Positions 16,262-24,480 of a stretch of DNA of 32,000 nucleotides are shown in pieces (position 1 is the stretch's first letter; every line of letters begins with the position of its first letter). Source of the stretch: Microcystis aeruginosa NIES-843 (GTDB lineage: Bacteria; Cyanobacteriota; Cyanobacteriia; Cyanobacteriales; Microcystaceae); contig NC_010296.1 in assembly GCF_000010625.1 (NCBI RefSeq), positions 4,290,001 to 4,322,000 of the forward strand. Reading direction: 5' to 3'. The position numbers and the translations under genes are program-made. The notes beneath the pieces were generated by a model, which did not search any database, had not been told where the DNA came from, and worked only from the letters and a program-made list of their open reading frames with translations.

Positions 16262-18295
16262 ATGCTTGACCAAAGTTTCAACCTATCAGACAGCAATGTT
16301 TTAGATGATATCTTCCAGTTACCAACCCTTGTCGTGGAATCAGGTTTAGGACGCTCCGATTTGATTACCCCTGTTTCCGGTAAAAGTCTCCAGGGCATGG
16401 ATTCTGGCTTTTTAAGCAATTCTGTGGAAGAATACCGGCTAGAACTAGAAAATCGCTGGCAATCATCCCAATCCCTTTCCTCTTGGCTTAACGGCGATGA
16501 TTTTTTAACAGGTCAAAGTAGTTTTGTGGGTCTTCCCAGTTCTGTTGACCTAGCCGGCAATACCCTCGCCACAGCCAGAGCGATTACAGTCGGTCCCAGC
16601 ACCACCAGTTACACCGATTGGGTAGGAAGCACCGATACCAACGATTACTATCGTTTCACCCTCGCTAATTCTGGTAACTTTAATCTCAATCTAACCGGAA
16701 TGACCGCCGATGCGGACGTGCTACTGTTAAATAGTAGCGGTTCTGTCATTGCCTCCTCTACTAACGGTGGTACGGCTTCTGAGAGCATTACCCGTCAGTT
16801 GAGTGCAGGCACCTACTACATTCGTGTCTATCCCTATAGTGGCAATACCAACTATAATCTCGCTGTTTCGGCTACTGGCGGTGGTAATGTTGACCTAGCC
16901 GGCAATACCCTCGCCACAGCCAGAGCGATTACAGTCGGTCCCAGCACCACCAGTTACACCGATTGGGTAGGAAGCACCGATACCAACGATTACTATCGTT
17001 TCACCCTCGCTAATTCTGGTAACTTTAATCTCAATCTAACCGGAATGACCGCCGATGCGGACGTGCTACTGTTAAATAGTAGCGGTTCTCTGATTGCCTC
17101 CTCTACTAACGGTGGTACGGCTTCTGAGAGCATTACCCGTCAGTTGAGTGCAGGCACCTACTACATTCGTGTCTATCCCTATAGTGGCAATACCAACTAT
17201 AATCTCGCTGTTTCGGCTGGTGGAAGTGACTGGTTTAGTCAAAATCTGCGCGATGCAGGATTGATCAGTACAGCACGTTCTCTCGCTGCGGATGGTAACC
17301 TTAGCCGCAATGATATGATTAGCATTTTCCGTAATGCTGAAGATGGTAGTGTCATTGATGCCACTGAGTTAACGGATTTGCGTACCATTGTTAGTAATGC
17401 TAGTCGCTTTACCATGCAGAACCCTGTGGTATTTCTCTCGAATAGCATCGCGAATGGCAATACCGCTAACCAATGGTGGACTGGTGGTGGTTCTACCCGT
17501 CAAACATTAGGCAACCTCTATGCTGGCAGTAGTGCAACCCAAATGGAACGATTGATTGGAAAATGGTTCTTGGGATTAGATCGTCCAACGGCTGCCAGTG
17601 GAACAACTTACCGTTCTTGCAGTGGTTCACTGCTCCAAAGTGGCGTTAGCTATCAAGATATCAATCAAGGTAATCTAGGTGATTGTTACCTCCTAGCTGC
17701 TTTAGCAGGAACAGCTTACCGTACTCCTAGTACCATTCAAAATATGTTCACCGACAACGGTGACGGTACCTTTACCGTGCGTTTCTTCCGCAATGGGGTA
17801 GCTAACTATGTAACAGTCGATCGTTACTTACCAACGACTGCTTCTGGCTCTTTCTATTATGCCAACCGGGATCGGGGTTTGCTTTATAACAATACTGGAA
17901 ATGAATTATGGGTGGCCCTCGCTGAACGAGCCTATGCTCAAATTAATGAATCGGGTTGGATTGGACAAGATAACACCAACTCCTACGCAGGAATTAACGG
18001 AGGTTGGTCGGATACGACGGTTCAGCAGATTACAGGGCGCAACACTGTCCGTGATTATACCTTAGACAATAGCGATCGCACGGCTGTGATTAATGCCTTT
18101 AATGCCGGTCGAATTGTCTTCCTTAACTGGGCAGGTCATGCTCTCACCTTAGTTGGTTACAATCCAACAACTCAACTGTTTACTATCTATAATCCTTGGG
18201 GTCATGCTGATAATTTCACTTGGAATCAAATTATCAATGGCACAGGAACGGGGCATGAACAACGCTTCACAGATTGGAGCTATACCACGACCTAA
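16262..18295 (+). CDS. calpain-type (peptidase C2) cysteine protease with two N-terminal PPC (pre-peptidase C-terminal) domains
   Basis: 677 aa, with the Shine-Dalgarno sequence AAGGAG upstream. The PPC motif DTNDYYRFTL...ADADVLLLNSSG...GTYYIRVYPYSGNTNYNLAVS occurs twice. Calpain active-site motifs: QGNLGDCYLLAAL (Cys475), AGHALTLVGY (His626), IYNPWGH (Asn644). Confidence 0.85.
   Translation: MLDQSFNLSDSNVLDDIFQLPTLVVESGLGRSDLITPVSGKSLQGMDSGFLSNSVEEYRLELENRWQSSQSLSSWLNGDDFLTGQSSFVGLPSSVDLAGNTLATARAITVGPSTTSYTDWVGSTDTNDYYRFTLANSGNFNLNLTGMTADADVLLLNSSGSVIASSTNGGTASESITRQLSAGTYYIRVYPYSGNTNYNLAVSATGGGNVDLAGNTLATARAITVGPSTTSYTDWVGSTDTNDYYRFTLANSGNFNLNLTGMTADADVLLLNSSGSLIASSTNGGTASESITRQLSAGTYYIRVYPYSGNTNYNLAVSAGGSDWFSQNLRDAGLISTARSLAADGNLSRNDMISIFRNAEDGSVIDATELTDLRTIVSNASRFTMQNPVVFLSNSIANGNTANQWWTGGGSTRQTLGNLYAGSSATQMERLIGKWFLGLDRPTAASGTTYRSCSGSLLQSGVSYQDINQGNLGDCYLLAALAGTAYRTPSTIQNMFTDNGDGTFTVRFFRNGVANYVTVDRYLPTTASGSFYYANRDRGLLYNNTGNELWVALAERAYAQINESGWIGQDNTNSYAGINGGWSDTTVQQITGRNTVRDYTLDNSDRTAVINAFNAGRIVFLNWAGHALTLVGYNPTTQLFTIYNPWGHADNFTWNQIINGTGTGHEQRFTDWSYTTT
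16544..17218 (+). repeat. 345-bp tandem duplication inside the calpain gene (two PPC-domain units)
   Basis: 16544-16873 matches 16889-17218. By eye they differ only at the codon GTC versus CTG (V/L, about 3 nt). Confidence 0.9.
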
Positions 18296-18320
18296 AAAAC
18301 ACTCTCTGTAGAATATTAAG

Positions 18321-18347
18321 TATAAGGTGGGCAAAGCCCACCTTATA
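18321..18347 (+). terminator. stem-loop TATAAGGTGGGC-AAA-GCCCACCTTATA just after the calpain stop
   Basis: 12-bp perfect stem, 26 bp downstream of the stop codon. It lacks a clean U-tract, so terminator function is only plausible. Confidence 0.5.
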
Positions 18348-18357
18348 TCAGCTCCGG

Positions 18358-18879
18358 ATGATTGAGGTAATGATGTTTAACTTGAGCAAACTTTTCTTTT
18401 TTCTGGTCTTAACAACTTGTAGCGGTTGTTCTCCAATCAGGTTCTCGCCAACCAGTAATTTACCAACTAATTTTATGAGGGAAATGAATATGCCTATTAC
18501 TGAAAATCTGCCAATTAAAAATATCACACTTGTTTCTAGAGAAGAGAGAATTCCTCCCAAGGGAGTGTCACCGCATCCTAACCGTGATATCGCCTTTGCT
18601 GACGTATTTGTTCACTTAGAAAACTCTCAGGAAACAACAATAAAACTCAACATTCAAAAGATTGAAATACGGAATGTTTCTGATAGTAAATTACAAGACT
18701 TTAGTTTTGTCCCCCAAACTGTTGAATTAAAACCCCTAGAAAATTCTGAACTTGTCTTTCATTTGAGCAATAAAACTGGTTATGTTGGACAGGACAAAGT
18801 TAAAGCTGTTCTTGCCTATCAAGTCAAAAATCAGGTTAGAGTCATTGAATCGGAAGCAGTGACAGTGAATAATAATTGA
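18358..18879 (+). CDS. small putative lipoprotein or secreted protein, beta-rich
   Basis: I prefer the internal starts at 18358, 18370 or 18373 (MFNLSKLFFFLVLTTCSGCSP, signal-like with Cys) over the track start at 18274, which overlaps the calpain gene and the hairpin. No family was recognised. Confidence 0.6.
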   Translation: MIEVMMFNLSKLFFFLVLTTCSGCSPIRFSPTSNLPTNFMREMNMPITENLPIKNITLVSREERIPPKGVSPHPNRDIAFADVFVHLENSQETTIKLNIQKIEIRNVSDSKLQDFSFVPQTVELKPLENSELVFHLSNKTGYVGQDKVKAVLAYQVKNQVRVIESEAVTVNNN

Positions 18880-18897
18880 GCTAAACTCGTCTAGTAG

Positions 18898-18940
18898 AGT
18901 AACGCACCAACAAGAAAAGAAAAGTTTTTGATGCGTTACT
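18898..18940 (+). terminator. hairpin AGTAACGCA ... TGCGTTACT (9-bp stem, 25-nt loop) downstream of the lipoprotein gene
   Basis: Read directly. The loop is large, so support is weak. Confidence 0.3.
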
Positions 18941-19176
18941 GCAATATTAATATCTTGATTGTTTCTCTAAAAATAAGGGATTGACCAGCGCAACCTACTG
19001 AATATTTTCTGGAATTTTATTCCCCTGCGGAGAATTTCAATAACTCTGCCAGGGAATTATAGCGTTTCCTAAGCTAGTGAGGTACACCTATTTTTCTTCC
19101 CTTTTGCCTAAAACCCATAACTTTTGTACCTCAGCAGACTGCAAAACGCTATATCTTCAATAAACCTCTTGTATAA

Positions 19177-19273
19177 TTATAGTCATTTCAGATAATTCTG
19201 ATACAGTCTAGACCGACAAAATCCTTATGAACTCTGGGATTGATATTCTCAATCTTAATTGAAATGACTATAA
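19177..19273. repeat. 97-bp element bounded by a 14-bp perfect inverted repeat, TTATAGTCATTTCA / TGAAATGACTATAA
   Basis: Indexed at 19177-19190 and 19260-19273, in an AT-rich non-coding stretch. It is MITE-like. Confidence 0.55.
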
Positions 19274-19510
19274 CTTTTAAGAGTTCAAAAACGGCAAAAA
19301 TAACAATTAAATTGCATCAAATATATAAATAGAGCATTTAATTGGTTATTATTCATTTCTAATTCTCCTGACCAGTGATACTAAATCCGTTGAGTATAGG
19401 CTACATATCAGGACAGGCAAAAGGCAATAGGCAATAGGCAAAAGCGGAAATAAATAATCAGTTTTTAATAACCAGATTTAGTATGACTATTGGCTACTGA
19501 CTCCTAACCC

Positions 19511-20755
19511 GGCTCTTCTAGGTTCTGTGTGAGCATGGTATAATAGTAACACAGAACAGGAGGTGGGTTATGTGGATAAATTTTGATCAACTCCTCGATT
19601 TACCAAATGTAACAGTGGTCAATTATCAAAAAATTGATGAGACAATTTTCCTAAAGCTCGCTCTTTTAAATGAAACAATTGAATGTCCGAATTGCCATCA
19701 AACCTTGGACAGAATCAATCAGACAGAGTATAATCTAGTCAGAGATTTGTCAATATTAGGCAATCGAGTATATTTGGAAGTACCACGCCGCCAGTTTCAT
19801 TGTCAAAAGTGCCAAAAGTATATCAGCGAAAGACTAAGTTTTATGAGATTAAGACAGCATCATACAATTCGCTATGAATCGATGATTTATGAGAGAGTAA
19901 AAAATTGTAGTATCGAAGAAATAAGTCGAGAAGAAGGGTTAGGATGGTCAGAAGTTGAGTTAATATTTAATCACTGTGCTAAAGAACTAGAAAAGGAAGA
20001 GTGGGAAGCACCAGAACGAATAAGCTTAGATGAATTTAGTAACTTAAAAGGACACAAAGATTTCATAACAACGGTCGTAGATCTGGACAAGAAAATTTTA
20101 CTAGATGTGATTAAAGGACATAAGCAAGAAGAATTAATGGAAGCCTTAAAAGCACAGCCAGAGGCAGTTCGGGAGAAGGTGAAAGAAGTGAGCGTCGATA
20201 TGTGGTCAGGATTTACAGCAGTGATCAAGGAATTATTTCCTAATGCTAAAATCATCTATGATCGTTTTCATGTAATGGCTATCATCAATGACGAGCTTAA
20301 TAAATTGAGAAAATTAATGGGGGTGCATGAAAAAGGATTACCTCATTTATTATGGAAGAATAAAGAGGACTTAAAAGACGAGCAAAAACAACAACTAGAA
20401 GTTATCCTGAAAGAACATCCCTGCTTGGGAATAGCCTGGGAAATGAAAGAAGAAATTAGACAAATTTATCAAAGTAGTAGAACGTTCAGAGGTGCTGAGA
20501 GAAAATTGGAAAAATGGATAAGAATAGGCGGAATATTATATGAAAGTGGTGCCAGCATGATCCAGAAGCATTTGCAGGGTATTTGTAATTACTTTGAAAA
20601 TCATACAACCAACGGATTAATTGAGGGAATGAATACCAAAATAAAGCTTATTAAAAGAATGAGTTATGGATTTACCAATTTTCAACATCTTCGACTTAAG
20701 CTGTTTGCTTGCTTTAATTCATAACAAAAATTAACACACGAAAACCAGAAGAGCC
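19511..20755 (+). mobile_element. ISL3-family insertion sequence (copy 1), about 1245 bp
   Basis: Left IR GGCTCTTCTAGGTTCTGTGTG at 19511. The reverse complement of the right end reads GGCTCTTCTGGTTTTCGTGTG, ending at 20755. The flanking direct repeat is CCTAACCC (19503-19510 and 20755-20762, with a one-base boundary ambiguity). Confidence 0.88.
19570..20724 (+). CDS. ISL3-family transposase
   Basis: 384 aa. N-terminal zinc-finger-like CPNCHQ...CQKCQKY, the motif DMWSGF..DRFHV, and the C-terminal TNGLIEGMNTKIKLIKRMSYGFTNFQHLRLKL. Confidence 0.9.
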   Translation: MWINFDQLLDLPNVTVVNYQKIDETIFLKLALLNETIECPNCHQTLDRINQTEYNLVRDLSILGNRVYLEVPRRQFHCQKCQKYISERLSFMRLRQHHTIRYESMIYERVKNCSIEEISREEGLGWSEVELIFNHCAKELEKEEWEAPERISLDEFSNLKGHKDFITTVVDLDKKILLDVIKGHKQEELMEALKAQPEAVREKVKEVSVDMWSGFTAVIKELFPNAKIIYDRFHVMAIINDELNKLRKLMGVHEKGLPHLLWKNKEDLKDEQKQQLEVILKEHPCLGIAWEMKEEIRQIYQSSRTFRGAERKLEKWIRIGGILYESGASMIQKHLQGICNYFENHTTNGLIEGMNTKIKLIKRMSYGFTNFQHLRLKLFACFNS

Positions 20756-20821
20756 CTAACCCTAAGAACAATTTTTGATTTTTACAACAGGTCTAATTTT
20801 TATATCATCAATTATAAGTAC

Positions 20822-21427
20822 CTAGGCAAAATTAATTACATACTCGCCTCCAAAATTGTCCAGCACTTTTTTAACGTAAGCGAGGAGGCTCTTTCGGTCT
20901 TTATAGGCGCTAAATTCAATCCATTCATATTTTAAAAATCTCCATAATATTTCAATTAAATTTAAATGAGGTGAATAAGTGGGCAACCAAAATATTTTCA
21001 AGTTTTTCTTTTCCCATTCCTCAAGTTTCTCCATAAATGCCTCGCTGGTATGAATGGAAGCTTGGTCAATTATTATGACAGTTTTTTTCTGTATATTTTG
21101 GCAATATTTATCCAGAAAATTAATAACTATCTCGCTAGTAACCGTTCCGACCTGTGTCTCATAAAATAATTGATTATCTCGTTTCATTATTCCTAAAATA
21201 TTTAGTCTTTTACCTTCAATTGGTGGTAACTTTATCGTGGTTTTTTCTTCTTGCCAAGCCTCAGGAATACAAGGCTTTGAATCCCCTCCCATTTCATCCA
21301 AATATCCTATCTCAATCTCTCCTCTTTTTTCCTGTTTTTTTAGTTCTTCTAAAATAGGTAGTTTGACCTCAAGCTCCCACTCATCAGGGGTTTTGGCGAC
21401 CCCTCTTCTCACCCTTTTCCACCTCAT
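20822..21427 (-). CDS. IS630 transposase, DDE catalytic part (orfB; the frame is open upstream to the slippery site)
   Basis: IIIDQASIHTSEAF and FWLPTYSPHLNLIEILWRFLKYEW are typical of IS630/Tc1-mariner DDE domains. Confidence 0.85.
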   Translation of the reverse strand: MRWKRVRRGVAKTPDEWELEVKLPILEELKKQEKRGEIEIGYLDEMGGDSKPCIPEAWQEEKTTIKLPPIEGKRLNILGIMKRDNQLFYETQVGTVTSEIVINFLDKYCQNIQKKTVIIIDQASIHTSEAFMEKLEEWEKKNLKIFWLPTYSPHLNLIEILWRFLKYEWIEFSAYKDRKSLLAYVKKVLDNFGGEYVINFA

Positions 21428-21495
21428 GTTGATTTTTTTTATAAGTCTTTTTATCGTGTCTTTGCTTACGGTTAATTTCCCTTCTTCTACAATTT

Positions 21496-21819
21496 TTATC
21501 TGGATTTTTTTAAGCTTTTCGGTTCTTCTTTTACCCAGTCAATAACTTGTTGACCTTGGGCTTCTGTCAATTTAGGTTTTCTCCCTCTTCCTCGACGATT
21601 ATAAAAACCAATTAGTTTTCTATCTTCCCAGGCCGTCAACCAATTATAGATGGTCTTTCTCGTAACTCCAAATATTCCGCTCAATTCTTCTATCGTGGTT
21701 CCCTGAAAACTTAAGAGTATACATTTCGCTCGCTCTCTTACTTGATGATGTTTACTAGCTCGATAAATTCTCTCTAGCATTTTCTGGCTCTCGGGGTTTA
21801 GGTCTCTAATCAATCTCAT
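21496..21819 (-). CDS. IS630 transposase, HTH DNA-binding part (orfA)
   Basis: 107 aa. The helix-turn-helix segments ERAKCILLSFQGTTIEELSGIFGVTRKTIYNWL and RGRGRKPKLT are seen in IS630 N-termini. Confidence 0.85.
   Translation of the reverse strand: MRLIRDLNPESQKMLERIYRASKHHQVRERAKCILLSFQGTTIEELSGIFGVTRKTIYNWLTAWEDRKLIGFYNRRGRGRKPKLTEAQGQQVIDWVKEEPKSLKKSR
21505..21511 (-). promoter_or_regulatory. A AAA AAA slippery heptamer, a candidate programmed -1 ribosomal frameshift site joining orfA and orfB
   Basis: The run of 7 T on the plus strand is read in the orfA frame as TTA AAA AAA. A -1 slip continues as ATC CAG ATA AAA..., giving ..SLKK-IQIKIVEEGKLTVSKDTIKRLIKKINMRWKRV with no stop until the orfB terminus. 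The fusion is about 332 aa. Confidence 0.7.
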
Positions 21820-22010
21820 TGTATTTTCCTGCTGCTTCGTTTTTTTATGTATTATACTTCTTAATTTTTTATTTGGGTAATTAATTTTGCATGACTACTT
21901 ATCATCAGTTAAGTCCAACTCTTTCTTGGCGAACACGCACCCCGCAGGACGATCAAGAATTTTGATAATATTGGTTCTAAGCTGTTCAGCATCTAAATAG
22001 CGTATATAGC

Positions 22011-22052
22011 AACGCAGTTTGCGACGTTATACCCATCTAGTGGGTGGGGATT
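22011..22052 (+). repeat. direct repeat copy 2 (duplicate of the speA 3' end)
   Basis: AACGCAGTTTGCGACGTTATACCCATCTAGTGGGTGGGGATT followed by GA. In the speA frame it would read ..SLRRYTHLVGGD followed by TGA. Confidence 0.9.
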
Positions 22053-22131
22053 GATGATTGCTCTTGCCGATCGAGTAATCGATCGAGGATGATAGAAAAT
22101 AGACAAAATAGATAGGCAGTAAGGGGAAGCA

Positions 22132-24147
22132 GTGGAAAAGGGAACGCTGGTAGAATTTCGAGTCCAAGGAGAAAGGCGCTTAGGGGTGATCGATCGCCCA
22201 GAAGGTAAAAAAGATTGGATCGTCATCGATCAAGGGGGAAACCCGCATAAACTGCGTCCCCAACGCTTCGATTACATTATCAAAGCAGGTCCATCCAACT
22301 ATAAAGAGATCGCCAATTTTCTGCGGGAAGTCCAACCCTATCTAGATCCTAGTGGTTTAGAAGTGGCCTGGGAATTATTAGCCGGGGAAAATCAGTTAGT
22401 CACTCCCGAAACCATGGCCGAGATTCTCTTTTCCGATCGCGGTCCGCAGTTTTGTTATGCGGCCTATTGTCTCTTGAGTGATGATAAAGTTTATTTTAAA
22501 AATAAAGGGGATGGTTACGAGGCCCGATCGGAAAATCAGGTAGAGGAAATCAAACACCAGCTAGAGGTGGAACAACAGCGTCAACGGGAAAAAGGCCAAT
22601 TTCTCCAACGTCTCCAACAGGCCCTGGCCGGTGAAACGGTAGAATGGTCAGAAAGCGATCGAATTCGTCTGGAATCTCTAGAAAAATTTATCCTCCAACC
22701 CGAACAAAAATATCCAGCAGCCATGGACATACTCTCGCTGCTGGGCCGTTCCCAAACCCCCGAGGCTGCTTTTGAATTGTTAGTCGATTTGAAATGGTGG
22801 AGTAGTCACGAAAACCTTTTCCTGCGACGCAGTTCCTACCCCGTTCAATTCTCGAAAAAGGTACTTGATGTGGCGCGTCTTAATTTACTCAATCCCCCTG
22901 CGGATGCGGATGTCAACAATCGTCTCGATTTAACCCACCAAAAAATTTATACCATCGACGATGAAAGTACCGAGGAAATCGATGACGGATTATCGGTGGA
23001 AATGCTCGCGGATGGTGGTCATCGTCTCTGGATCCATATTGCCGATCCTAGCCGTTTAGTGCTTCCCGATGATGAATTAGACCTAGAAGCACGTCGTCGC
23101 AGTACCAGTCTTTATCTTCCCACGGGAATGGTTCCCATGTTTCCCCTAGAATTGGCCGCCGGTCCGATGAGTTTGGTACAGGGTAAACTTTGTCCCGCAT
23201 TGAGTTTTGGGGTAATCCTCGATGAAACAGGGGCGATCGCAGATTATCGGATTCATCCTAGTACAATTAAACCTACCTATCGCCTCACCTACGAAGATGT
23301 GGACGAAATGTTACATCTGGATCTGCAGCATGAACCGGAAGTAAGGATTCTCAACCGTTGGGCAAAACAACGCCACGCATGGCGCAAATCTCAGGGATCG
23401 ATTAACATCCAAATGCCAGAATCATCCATTAAGGTGAAGGATAACGACGAAATTATCGTAGAATTGCAGGAAGTTTCTCCATCTCGGCAATTAGTGGCGG
23501 AAATGATGATTTTAGCCGGAGAAATCGCCGGTCGCTACTGTCAGGAACACGAGATACCCGTGCCTTTCCGCGGACAACCACAACCGGAATTACCCCCCGA
23601 TGAGGAGTTAATTTTACTACCCGCGGGCCCGGTGCGTTCCTGTGCCTTGCGTCGCTGTATGCCGCGCAGTGAGATGACGACGATTCCTAACCGTCATGCT
23701 AGTCTGGGATTGAATACCTATTCCCAAGTAACTTCGCCAATTCGCCGTTATACTGACCTTTTGACCCATTTTCAACTAAAAGCCCATCTCCGGGGCGATC
23801 AACTGCCTTTTACCCGGGATAGAATGCAGGAAATTCTCTATAGTGTCGCTAGTTCGGCCCAAGAAGCCACCTCGGTGGAACGACAAACTAATCGTTATTG
23901 GAGTTTGGAATTTTTGCGACGACAGGGAGATCAAGTCTGGCAAGCTTTGGTGTTGCGCTGGCTGCGGGAAGAGGAAAATTTAGGCTTGATTTTATTGGAG
24001 GAATTGGGGTTAGAATTACCCCATCGTTTTGAGCGCTCGGTATCTTTAGGCGATCGCTTTCAAGTGCAAGTTAGTCGCTCTGATCCCCACCGCGATGAGA
24101 TCCGTTTTCGCGAGTTATCGGGTTTTGTCTCCTCCCAAGCAAGTTAA
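22132..24147 (+). CDS. RNase II/R-family 3'-5' exoribonuclease (RNB domain)
   Basis: 671 aa with a GTG start. Motifs: YTIDDESTEEIDDGLSVE, IHIADPS, and HASLGLNTYSQVTSPIRRYTDLLTHFQLKA (RNB catalytic motifs). The C-terminus is S1-like. Confidence 0.9.
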   Translation: MEKGTLVEFRVQGERRLGVIDRPEGKKDWIVIDQGGNPHKLRPQRFDYIIKAGPSNYKEIANFLREVQPYLDPSGLEVAWELLAGENQLVTPETMAEILFSDRGPQFCYAAYCLLSDDKVYFKNKGDGYEARSENQVEEIKHQLEVEQQRQREKGQFLQRLQQALAGETVEWSESDRIRLESLEKFILQPEQKYPAAMDILSLLGRSQTPEAAFELLVDLKWWSSHENLFLRRSSYPVQFSKKVLDVARLNLLNPPADADVNNRLDLTHQKIYTIDDESTEEIDDGLSVEMLADGGHRLWIHIADPSRLVLPDDELDLEARRRSTSLYLPTGMVPMFPLELAAGPMSLVQGKLCPALSFGVILDETGAIADYRIHPSTIKPTYRLTYEDVDEMLHLDLQHEPEVRILNRWAKQRHAWRKSQGSINIQMPESSIKVKDNDEIIVELQEVSPSRQLVAEMMILAGEIAGRYCQEHEIPVPFRGQPQPELPPDEELILLPAGPVRSCALRRCMPRSEMTTIPNRHASLGLNTYSQVTSPIRRYTDLLTHFQLKAHLRGDQLPFTRDRMQEILYSVASSAQEATSVERQTNRYWSLEFLRRQGDQVWQALVLRWLREEENLGLILLEELGLELPHRFERSVSLGDRFQVQVSRSDPHRDEIRFRELSGFVSSQAS

Positions 24148-24293
24148 TCTCTCGCGGAGTCAGTATTCAGGAGTCGGGAGATAGGGTGATAGGGATTTAG
24201 GGGGTTTAGGGAAATTTCAGCCAAATGCTCCACTACCCCACTACCCCACACCCTGCCACCACCGAAAAGCTTTTTGCCGCAAACCCTAAATAA

Positions 24294-24480
24294 GGTTCTT
24301 CGGTTTGTGTTATGCAATGGACGGAGGTTATAAGGGATGAAACTCTTATAGAGAAAGGCATTTGGCGATTTTTATCAATTGTTTTCGATCTAGAGCGAAC
24401 TAATCAATTAAATCTCTTGCCAGATAAGAATTTAGTCGATTTATGCCACCCTATCGAACTATACTAAGTAACGAAGAACC
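24294..24480 (+). mobile_element. 187-bp MITE derived from the ISL3 element at 24998-26419 (copy A)
   Basis: Ends are GGTTCTTCGGTTTGTGTTATGCAA ... AAGTAACGAAGAACC. The two ends resemble, respectively, the right and left ends of the neighbouring ISL3 (GGCTCTTCGGGAATTGTTATGCAA and GGCTCTTCGTTAC). There is no ORF of its own. Confidence 0.75.

Larger units (their letters stand above)
20817..21899 (-). mobile_element. IS630-family insertion sequence, 1083 bp, flanked by a TA duplication
   Basis: Left terminal IR AGTACCTAGGCAAAATTAATTAC at 20817-20839. The reverse complement of 21877-21899 is AGTAGTCATGCAAAATTAATTAC. TA dinucleotides sit at 20815-20816 and 21900-21901. Confidence 0.88.

Noticed and set aside
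15536-22010. Integrative element with its own integrase, or a prophage remnant
   Set aside because: No tyrosine or serine recombinase, tRNA target or phage gene is visible. Only the terminal 42-bp duplication supports integration, so it is reported as an unexplained insert rather than as an ICE or prophage.
21993-22226. 77-aa minus-strand ORF
   Set aside because: It spans the duplicated speA 3' fragment and the start of the exoribonuclease gene in antisense.
24150-24293. Low-complexity CCCCACTACCCCACTACCCCACACCC tract plus CTTTTTGCCGCAAACCCTAA, whose reverse complement also occurs at about 11866-11885
   Set aside because: It is a short dispersed motif and a simple sequence tract. I could not attach a function or structure to it beyond being another small repeat.
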